Below are positions 53,273-64,000 of a stretch of DNA of 64,000 nt, piece by piece. Position numbers and translations under genes: made by a program. The stretch spans positions 31,930,001 through 31,994,000 of the forward strand of contig NC_042997.1 of assembly GCF_006345805.1 (NCBI RefSeq), in the 5' to 3' direction. The DNA is from Octopus sinensis (Eukaryota). Position 1 is the first letter of the stretch. The number at the start of each line of letters is the position of its first letter. A model generated the notes under the pieces. That model saw nothing but the letters and a program-made list of their open reading frames with translations. It was not told the origin of the DNA and ran no database searches.

Positions 53273-54854
53273 GTAAGCCTATCTGATGATAGACATCTCT
53301 GTCTGTAATATATGATAATTGAACATCAATATTTTATTTGTGTTTTCATTTATGATTCATAACATTAATGTCCTCTGGGAAATTTTATTGTTTTTGTTTT
53401 TCTTTTAGGTAGTAACATGTCTACAGCATCCATCAGCATTTTCTGCATCTGAATTCGTCTGCTGTTTGCCAATTATAACACATTCAATTACTATTGCCTA
53501 AAGATGTAGTTTTTGCAATAGTTTTAAGTGAATGAGTCAAATTAACATTGTTGACTTTGTTAGAGCTTAAATGTCACAATGGTAAAAAAAAAATTCTATA
53601 CTGTAAGATACATCCATTGGAATCTATTAGTAGTTGTTAAGCTTTTGTAAATTGATGGTTTTTAGTCTCATAATTATTACCGTTTAATTTATGCTTGCTT
53701 TTCTATGCCAGTGTGGTTTGGCTGAGCTATTATCCAGATCAATTCTTGTTTGGAATTACTACTTCTAGATTGGAAGCGTATATCTCACTTGCTTAAGTTA
53801 CATTTCTAACATCCTCGCTTCTTGGTCACCCTCAACAACTGAGCATTCGGTTCAAAATTTGCTACGGTTGACATGTTGGGGAAAGATGGTGATAAAAGAA
53901 ATGAGATGATTGAAGAGAAAATAGTGAGAGAAAATGATAGCTAGCAATGAAGACAAGTGAAAGTAAATGAGAGAGAGAGAAAGGGATGTCAATTGAGAGA
54001 TATAAGAGATGAATAGAGAAGAATAATGGCTAGAAATAAAAATGGATTCTTGTAATTATAGAATTGATTGAATGCAGATCCAATGTGTTGCCATTTCCTA
54101 TTACACAAACAGTGAAATGAGAGAAAGAGATATTGATGGAAGCGAGCGACGAATGGGAATGATAGAGTATTGAAGAGAGAAGAGAAGAGTGATTGTAGCA
54201 AAAATGGTTAGTGTCAAGGAGACTGACATATGAACATTAAAGACCCAAAAATAGATTCTGTACATCCCAACTTGCATTATTTTGACAATATTCATTTTGC
54301 CATCTTTCCATGGATTGAACAGATCTACTCCAGCACAGTGCGTCACCATTTCTCATGATCCATTGCCATCTTCTTTATAAAACTCAGTCTCTTGAAATTT
54401 CCCCCCCCCCCGCACGTCTCCACATATCTTCTTTGGTCTCTCCCTTCTACAGGTTCCATCCACCTAGAAGGGTTCAAGCAGTGGTTTGAGTGCTGGTGTC
54501 ACATAAAAGGCACTGGTAATGGTGCCACGCAAAAAGCACCCAGTAAACTCTAATGTGGTTGGCATTAGGAAGGGCATCTAGCTGTAGAAACCGAACCAAA
54601 ACAGATTATGGAATCTGGTGCGATCCCTGACCTTGCCAGTTCCTGTTAAGCCATCTAACCCATGCCAGCATGGAAAACATATTAAGTGGCTGTGTGGTAA
54701 GTAGCTTGCTTACCAGCCACATGCTTCCGGGTTCAGTCCCACTGCGTAGCACCTTGGGCATGTGACTTCTACTGTAGCCTCGGGCCGACTATAGCCTTTT
54801 CCGTCCAACCCATGCCAGCGTGGAAAACGGACTTAAACGATGATGATGATGGAC

Positions 54855-55100
54855 TCACATCCTCTATACGTATCCCATACCTGTGCCAGTGCTGGATTCT
54901 CTCTTGCACACCAACATTACACATCCAACAGAGCATGTTTCATTCATTTCTTTCCAGCTTTCACAAATTCTTCACATTCAAAGCCCATATCTCATTACTA
55001 TGTGATATAACACTTCACACCCAAGCATCATATAATTTGCCCTTCGTTCGAAAAGAGAAATCTTTCATTGACATCAGAGGTAATAGTTCACTGAACTTTT
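54855..55100 (-). mobile_element. Degenerate RTE LINE fragment (related remnants ~57260-57420 and 59700-60060)
   Basis: Interrupted FSFRTKGKLYDACV.SV..HSNEIWAL..LERNE..MLCWMC. Confidence 0.6.
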
Positions 55101-55469
55101 TCATCCACTTCTTACTCTAGAGGCTATGGTTTAAGAACACCCAGCCCCACTATTAATTAGATGTGAATAATGCTTGACCTGGTGAAAGAAGGCAATGCTA
55201 GACAGACTGGCTTGAAAGGTACCCTTGAGTCAGTGATAGTCTGTTGCAATTTCATCACCTGATACCTCTTGTTTAGTTTAATATTTGTTGCAGAGGATGG
55301 TCCTGAACCTAAAGTACATGGATCAAACCCTGACAAATTAAGCTCCACTGTAAACAGATACTACATTATTGGTATTTCGTCCTGAAATTACCTTCAAGAA
55401 TGAGAAATTGAAAGATTTATGGTAGCTGGAAACTTATATATACTTATGTATTCATATTGATTTTTAATC

Positions 55470-55830
55470 GAAATCAATCAAAGATCAGTGGAAATTGTAG
55501 TTGTGATACCAGTGCCGGTGGCACGTAATAAGCACCATCCAAACATGGCCATTGCCAGTGCCCTCTCAACTGGCTTCCATGCTGGTGGCATTTAAAAAGC
55601 ACCAACCAATCGTGGCCGTTGCCAGCCTCGCCTGACACCTGTGCCGGTGGCACGTAAAAAGCACCCACTACACTCACGGAGTAGTTGGCATTAGGAAGTG
55701 CATCCAGCTGTAGAAACACTGCCAGATCAGACTGGAGCCTGGTGCAGCCTCCATGGCTTCCCAGACCCCGGTCGAACCGTCCAACCCATGCCAGCATGGA
55801 AAACGGACATTAAACGATGATGATGATGAT
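55470..55830 (+). mobile_element. Family C retroelement (further partial copies at ~3217-3325, 4300-4670, 25812-25925, 35460-35605, 43485-43640, 60838-61020)
   Basis: Same consensus and (gat)n tail; coordinates approximate. Confidence 0.75.
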
Positions 55831-56861
55831 GTATATATCGTCATCATTTTACATCTATTTTTCTGTGCTTTCATTAATTTGATGGGTCTTCTTCTGTACA
55901 GTGGTTCACTACCTGCTGCAATCCTTTGTCACCTCTTTTTCATGAGGTTCAACCTCCTCAGGTTATTTTTCACTAATTCTTCCTGTGCTTTCCTTGGTGC
56001 ATAGTTGGAGTAGTTGCTGCTGCATTCAGTCTGGTGTTGTGGGTTCATTGTTAACATGGGGGGGGAAAAGTATGTTACCAGGCTACCTGAAACAATCCAG
56101 CATGCTATGGGAACATCAGCTGCTTGGCATCTGCGAAGAGTGATCTTGTTGGAAGATACTGTAATCAGAGGGCGGTGAGCTGGCAAGATCGTTAGCACGC
56201 CGGGCGAAATGTTTAGCGGTATTTTGTCTGCCGTTACGTTCTGAGTTTGAATTCCGCCGAGGTCGACTTTGCCTTTCATCCTTTCGGGGTCGATTAAATA
56301 AGTACCAGTTACGCACTGGGGTCGATATAATCGACTTAATCTGTTTGTCTGTCCTTGTTTGTCCCCTCTGTGTTTAGCCCCTTGTGGGTAGTAAAGAAAG
56401 AGATACTGTAATCATGATCGCTAGTCAATATCTGATGAAGAGTCTCTCATAGTACAAGCTGTATGTCCAAAACAAATGAACGTGTGTGTGTGTGATCATT
56501 TAACATCCATCTTCCTTGTTGGTATAGGTTTCACAGGATCCTGTGAGCTAGAAAACTGCATCAAGCTCCTGTGTCTGTTTTGGCATGGCTTCTATCATTG
56601 GTTGCCCTTCTTAGAAATCATGCCAAAACAACATTGGTGTTCAATGTAGTCCTCCATATGTGTGTGTCATTATCTGTAGCACAATCTCATCCTTTATGGC
56701 TGTTCTTTATCACCTTCTTGGTGAAATTCGACCTCTTGAGGTCATGTTTCACCACTACCTCCCTTTCTTTGTTATGCACCACGTCTACACCAGCTCAGTT
56801 ATATCTTTAGCACACATCTGATTGCTTTTACACTTATCTTTTCTCTCAGCTCGTCTCTTTA

Positions 56862-57250
56862 CTCTTTACTCTTTTACTTGTTTCAGTCGTTTGACTGCAG
56901 CCATGCTGGAGCACCGCCTTTAGTCGAGCAAATCGACCCCGGGACTTATTCTTTGTAAGCCCAGTACTTATTCTATCGGTCTCTTTTGCCGAACTGCTAA
57001 GTGACGGTTGTCAAGCAATGCTAGGGGGACAAACACAGACACACAAACATATACACACACACTTATATATATATATATACATATATACGACAGGCTTCTT
57101 TCAGTTTCCGTCTACCAAATCCACTCACAAGACATTGGTCGGCCCGGGGCTATAGCAGAAGACACTTGCCCAAGGTGCCACGCAGTGGGAGTGAACCCGA
57201 AACCATGTGGTTGGTTAGCAAGCTACTTACCACACAGCCACTCCTGCGCC
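56862..57250 (-). mobile_element. Family A SINE, inverted, with a small internal deletion
   Basis: Reverse complement of the family A consensus. Confidence 0.85.
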
Positions 57251-59260
57251 TGTGTCCCATCATTTATAAATACCAACATTATACATACATCTAGTGGAGT
57301 CTGCCCAGCTCACCTGTGTGCAGCCTTTGCACACCCTCCACGTTCAATACCAATGTTTCACTACCATGCATTATTGTACATTGTACAATAATCACTTGGT
57401 CCAAGTGAGAATCCTTTTGGAACACACTCCTCCACTGTTAATTTAGTGATCTGCATTAACAGAATCTATCAAATAATTACAGGGAGGCTGTTATGTATTT
57501 GAGAGAATTATTTTATAGAGACTTCTACTACTAATTTCATCAGCTGCATATGAAGTCCTTTTTCTATCACCCTGCCTATGATCTTTAATTGCTCATTCAA
57601 CTGTACAGCTGCTGGATTCAATTGCTAATCACTCGGTGGGGTAGGGGGTCTATTTTGTGTAGTCTTTTGCATTCCTACTGTACTCATTTTACAACCCCTC
57701 AACATTTCCATTCCTTCACTATTGATATAATGTATATTTATCAGCTGTAGATGACTGAGAAAGCAATGTTTCAAGAAAAAGAAATTACTCTCTTGTAGTA
57801 TTCAGTCCAAGTTACAGGTCTTTACACCATAGTGAGTTTAATAGGAATCAATAAAGTATGTATCAAAGTACTGTGGTTGATATAATTGATAAAAAAACCT
57901 TTTAAGATAGTATCCAAAAAATACATACTTCATGCACCAACACACTTTGGAAGGTCACAAAAAAAGATTGCTTGATATTCAGTAAAACATGTAGTTTAAA
58001 GAACTGCTGATCACTATTATATAATGGTTAATAACTCTTGAGCAATAGAAGAGGTGTGGCCCAAATTCTTGTCAATTATTATGACATAATTTGTTTTATA
58101 TTGTGTCTGTGTAATTATATTAAATCAATTAATATTTATTTATATTTCAAGTATTATATATGAGACAGAACAACAGAAAACCGTAGTGACTCATAAACCC
58201 TAGTTTCAGCTACAGAATTTTGCGTGAACTCTTAACCCTTTAGTGTTTAAACTGGCTATATCCGGCCCAAATATTCTACTCATTTTATGCTCAAACTGGC
58301 CAGAACCAGTATCTCACACCTACCCTGCAATGTCATTCTAAAAATAAACAACTACATCTTTCAAATGTTGAAGCTACAAGATAATACCAGATTAATTTTT
58401 TAAAATGTAAATGAATAAAGATTACTTTTGACATATTAATTTGAACGCTAAAGGATTAAATGTTTCAAAATTGGCTACTAACTCAGCTTTTCATCCTTTG
58501 CTTATTGATAAATTAGAAACTAGGCATTATTTGTGTCAATGTACATTAACTGTATCCCTTTTCTACAAAGACACTGCCTTGTACTTAAGGAAAAAAAATC
58601 AGCACATACATATGATAACTTACTTATACACAGAATGCAATATTTAGCTTCAGAATATAAATTACATTAATTTTAGGAAAATAAAAATAAGAAATAAGTG
58701 GAAATTTTACTGGTGAGTGTGTTACATTATAAGGCACAAAAAGAAAATCACTCTCCCCAGACACAACAGAATATGCTTCAACACACGAACTCATATAAAG
58801 AATCTTGCAAACCAAATCCAAAAACGAAAATACATTAAGTAAATGAGAAATAGATTTTCTCCTGGTTAAGATGCTAGTTTAAGATATATGTTATACATTT
58901 ATCTCAAACTTGTGTGTTGCTATATAGTTTCCTTATGCTAAGACATATAAGCTTTTTTAGTTGTTGCAATAAATTGCAAGTCAAACCACATTACGCATTC
59001 AGTTATTTTATTCTCCCTCTTTGTTCTCATCCTATGTGTGCATATGCATGTGTGTGCATACATACTCATGTATATTACTATTAGGATATCATTTTTCATA
59101 AAACTGTTCTGTGCATGACAACAGTTCATGTGTTTCTTCTGCTATAGTTATTTTCTACACTAAGTAATTTCTTTTTAATGATATTCTCAATTGATTTTAT
59201 TGCACATAGTTGTGACAAAAATATCTGTACTCACTATTGTTAAACTATATATATACACAC

Positions 59261-59338
<78 letters not shown>

Positions 59339-61554
59339 CATGTGTAATCAAATGAGTAAAAGACTGAGAATATATTCATACAATCTTTTTGAAACTTGTA
59401 ATTTTATGAAAATTTTCAAGAATAATGGACATGTTTCTTTTTTATTTTTTTACCTTGAATGTTTTATATTATATATATATATATATATTTCACTTAGTCA
59501 TAGCGATACTGATAACCTGGTGTTAGACCTCAATATATATCTGTTTCAGAATAAAGCATTATCCAAGTATAGAGTATAATATGAAATTAAGCAGACAACA
59601 AAGGAACGGGAAATTATTCAATGAAAGAGTGACAAAAGAATAGGGGCTACATGTTCACCTTTATTAGCTTATAACTGTTTCTGCTACAAGGGCTGAGTAC
59701 TTGTACTTGTACAGCATCTTCACACTTCTGCCCATGTTTTCTTTGATCTTCCTCTTCCAGAGTTTCCTTCCACTTTTCATCCTGGCACCTCTTTACTCAT
59801 TTGCTATCCTTTATGATCATCACATGTCCACACATCCCAGTTTTCATTCTTTGCACACTATTGCTGATCTTTCTTATACCTTGTTTCTCTCAGCTCATTT
59901 GTCCCATGTCATTCATGTGTGCTAACATTATGCATCCATTGGAGCAAGCCTGCTTTATTTCTCTCCAACTTTTGCACATCCCCTACATTCGGTGCCCATC
60001 TCTCACTACTTTGCAATGTCACACTTCGTACACAAGCATCTTACAATCTCACTAGAGATGACAACACAACAAACTGAGATGCTGTGTTGGAAAGGATTCA
60101 TCCAACCCACATAGGCATGGGAAAGGGGATAATGATACTTTGAGATCAACCCCAACATCTGGGAAATGCCAGCACAGGACTGTCCTGCCTGGTAAAGCTA
60201 CACCAACTGAAGTGCCACTTCCTACGAACAGAACAGGATTGTAGGAGCACAAAGTAAACATGAATTGTGCAAGTCCAGAGCCAACTCCTTGCCTTCAGTT
60301 CCAGCAGGCCACCAGTGCCCAACCTGCTGCAGAGCCTTCCAAGCCTGCATCAGACTGACTGACCAGTCACAGCCAAACACACCATGACCCATCTTCTCAT
60401 CAACAACAATGGACAAACATTCATTAAACATGATATTCAAGTTAGATGTTTTCCTTTTGTATCTTTTCTTAAGACTCTTATGTTAAGTTAAGGACAATGG
60501 ATTTAGAAATGCTATTGTTCCTAACTAAACATAAAGGACTAATAAGAAAGAATGAGAAATCCTTAATAAGAAAAATTTCTAATTTGAACAGTCATGTCTT
60601 TGATATAACATACATAACAGCTATGACTGTGGTTGAGAAATTTGCTTCCCAATCAACTGGTTTTGAGTTCAGTCCCAACACGTGTCTACTTGTAAATGTT
60701 TAAATCATTTCAGCTTTTAAGCTGCGGTCAAGCTGGGGCACCACCATAAAAAGGAAAATAGCCAACCATTTTCCTGTAATTATTGTAAAAATCTGTAAAC
60801 GACTTCAGTAAATGAATTCTAATTTTATTTATGTAAAGGTGGCACGTAAAAAGCACCCACTACACTGACGGAGTGGTTGGCGTTAGGAAGGGCATCAGGC
60901 TGTAGAAATACTGCCAGATCAGACTGGAGCCTGGTGCAGCCTTCTGGCTTCCCAGATCCCCGGTCAAACCGTCCAACCCATGCTAGCATGGAGAACAGAC
61001 GTTAAACAATGATGATGATATCACCCAGATATCATTGGTTACATAAAATGTGATAGTGTGGAATTATGTATACTACACAAATACACAATTGAAATGCCCA
61101 TTGTAAACCTCTTTGCTGGCTGACTAGTCATTCAATATCTATTTCGAAGGGTTCTGATACCACAACTTCCCTATATATTTTCAAGCTTTGAGGTAGCTTA
61201 AGAAACTGTTTTCATAACATATAGTCATGTTCTTTTACTGTTTCAGAAATCTTTAGCATAGCTGAAATTCTTTGTGACAAGTTATTAATTTATTTCACTC
61301 TCCCTCTCTCTCTTTCCCTCGCCCTCTCTTTTTCTCTCCTTCCTTCCTCCCCACAAACCATTTTCTCACTTTCCAAAATAACAAAGAAATCCATATTTGC
61401 TTTAACATGTGCTGACAAAAATATACTTACTAAATTGAAAGATCACATCAATAGCACTGACAATAAATATACACACCCATATGTGTGTGTCTGTGTATTT
61501 TATTGCTACTCTCCTAATTGTTTTTTAAATCTTTTAAACATTTTTTCTTGACAG

Positions 61555-61650
61555 GGTTACCTTAAGGCACTGGGCTTAAAACGTACTGCTGAAGTCAAAA
61601 GGGATGCCAGAATTGGTGAGGCTGAAGCTAAAAGAGATGCTGGAATACGA
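61555..61650 (+). CDS. FLOT1: Flotillin-1 exon 6 (96 nt): [32 protein letters not shown]
   Basis: Acceptor ttcttgacag and donor CGA|gtgagt. Start of the flotillin coiled-coil domain ([16 protein letters not shown]). Confidence 0.96.
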
Positions 61651-61685
61651 GTGAGTTTTTCCATTTCTTTTTTTTTTTTTTTTAG

Positions 61686-61718
<33 letters not shown>

Positions 61719-62774
61719 ATGTCTTTTTGGTTTCAATTTCTTACAAAATTAGTCCTATATTTATAGCAATCCAAAGAAGTTTGAGGCTATTTTCGTAGAC
61801 TCAAAATTTTTAAAAGTGGTAGGCTTGGTATTTTTTTGTTGTGAGACAGTCAATCTGCTAATTATATGCATTCTGTATTGCCTATGTAAGATCAGCCACC
61901 TACAACTCATCTTTTGCCTTCCCCCCTTTTTTTTTTACTTTTGTTGTTGTTGCTGCTATTGTTTACCCCCAGGTCAACCTATTCAACCACACTTCCACCA
62001 TGACTACCCTGTTTTCCTTCATAGTGCATCAAGAAATACTTCAGCACCCAAGTGTGTGATTAAAAAAAAATGGTTGAATGTGAATGTAGGAAATGAGCTA
62101 CGATGATGGAATGGTCTAAAAAGAGTCTAATTGAAGCCAAGAAAGGAACTTCTATGTAGTCTACTGGCTCATTTTGGCTCAGATTCCTTAACCCTTTAGC
62201 ATTTAAACCGGCCATATCCGGCCAAAAGTATTCTGCCTGTTTTATGGTCAAACTGACCAGATCTGGTCTCTCACACCAACCCTACAATATCGTTTTAAAA
62301 ATTAACAGCTACCTCATCAAAATCTCATAGCTACTAGATAATGCATGATTAACTCAAAACAATGTGGATAAAAAAGGATTAACTTTGGCAGAATAATGCA
62401 AACACTAAAGGGTTAAACCTCCTGTCATCATCAAATTTAATTTCTAATGTCTCAATTCAGGACATAAAATTTGTTGTAAATGATGAAATGGTCTTAAATT
62501 AAAATGCTAATTGAATCATTCGTATTTATTGGCATTTGGAAGGACATCCAGCCATAGAAACTATGCTAAATCCAACTGGAACTTGGTACAGCTCTCCAGC
62601 TTACCAATTCCAGTCAAACCATCTAATCCATGCCAGCATGGAAAGCAGATGCTAGATGATGATTTAGATAACTCCTTGACATCAGTCTATTCAGGGCTGG
62701 CTGGAGCTATTCAGTAAACCCTACAGAAAAATGATTGCTTTTAAGTGCCTTGTTAAAACTACATCTAAAACTGG

Positions 62775-63195
62775 CTGCTGTGTAACATGAATGAATGTTC
62801 GTCCTTCGGTTTCGAAGATGACCATTGACATCAATTGTGTAATTGCTGCTGTGAGACGGAGGTGGCTGGTGAGGCCAATCCGGGCAGAAGCCCCTCACAG
62901 GTGGGGTAGAAGTGGGTAGGGGCTGTGCTATTGGTGCAGGTGGCTCTGGCTTTCCGCATCTGGCGTTTCTGTTCTGCTGACTGAATCCGTTCTCCTCGGC
63001 TGTCTTTGCTCCTGTGGTGATTACGCTGTGCCAGGATGAGCGGTTGGCAGCAAGTGTCTCCCAAGTCTCTGTGCCGATGGAGAAGTCTTTGAGAGAGACT
63101 TTGAGACTGTCCTTGAAGCGCTTCTTCTGCCCTCCGACTTTGCGTTTGCCCTGGCTGAGTTCACCGTAGAAGAGCTGTTTTGGAATGCGTAACAT
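62775..63195 (-). mobile_element. RTE/BovB-like LINE ORF C-terminal fragment
   Basis: RIPKQLFYGELSQGKRKVGGQKKRFKDSLKVSLK...WETLAANRSSW is typical of RTE-clade reverse-transcriptase C-termini. Confidence 0.85.
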
Positions 63196-64000
63196 ATGGA
63201 TATAGTGTCTCCTGTTTTGATTGTTTGTGATGAAGTAGATGTTCAGAATAATAGTGTAATTGATGTTAAACAATACTTTCACCATTGTTTATTTTGAGGT
63301 GATTAATTTTAAATGAAAAGACCTTCCTGCTATCTTGGATTATAAGCAATTACATTCCCCATCAAATGAAATATTTCCATGTAATAATCCTAATGTTGGT
63401 GGCAGTTATTCTTTGGCTGCCAGATCTACCCTGATAGGGCAGTGAATACTAGAATTGGTTGAGCATCAGAAAAATAACTTGTGGTATTCAGTTATACTTA
63501 TGTTTTGAGTTCAAATCCAACCCAAGTCAGCTTTTCCAAAGTTGATAAAATAAGTTACAGTCAAGTTCTCAGAGTGGAGGTCAATATAATTAACTAAACC
63601 AGTGATTCCATAACTTATTTTGGTGAGGGACATTTATCTAATTCTCCAAAATCTTATAACTAGTACCTCTGTACATATTTTACAAACAACTCCTCGCTTT
63701 GCTAATTATAAATAAGACCTTAAATGAAACAAAATTGTTTTAGGGAATTTATTTACATAAAACAGAGTTCACATTTTTATATACATAAGGATATACACAT
63801 TGTACTTTTAATCTGATGTTGTTTCAATACAGTCAATGTATTGTATATTGATTTCTATATAGACAAAAAGTTCCAACCTAGCTTACTATAGCAGAAACAC
63901 CAATGTCTACCAGCTCACTAATGTCATTCTGTGTGAGCTAATCTTTTTTAAACAATCTCTAAAGGAGAAATTTCTCTGAGACAAAATCCTACCTCTAGCA

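Noticed and set aside
605-63285. The remaining 60-190 aa ORFs in the track as genes
   Set aside because: They map to SINE, LINE or MITE copies or microsatellites (recurrent peptides such as MDGSTGV..., MSSNARG..., YIYIYI) or lack any homology. Only those overlapping FLOT1 exons and TE remnants are meaningful.

Overview
AT-rich, repeat-dense metazoan genomic DNA. The SINE/MITE/(TA)n landscape looks like Octopus or another coleoid cephalopod (inference). The window lies inside one plus-strand flotillin-1 (FLOT1) gene. I can read six GT-AG coding exons of 76, 91, 91, 144, 120 and 96 nt; the first coding exon and the 3' exons were not found. Main result: the 91-nt SPFH-domain exon occurs twice in tandem (36712-36802 and 39485-39575). 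Both copies are intact and phase 2-to-0, with 21/30 aa identity and many synonymous differences, which fits a mutually exclusive exon pair. Including both or skipping both creates a premature stop in the next exon. A short element downstream of the second copy is complementary to both donor regions. A candidate 15-nt microexon (13186-13200) would either insert GSTFM or supply a start giving M-G-C-F-H-S, a myristoylation-type N-terminus. The introns also hold two minimal hammerhead-ribozyme motifs, several long palindromes, two local tandem duplications, a ~34-copy minisatellite and many TE remnants. Almost all ORFs in the supplied track are repeat or microsatellite noise.
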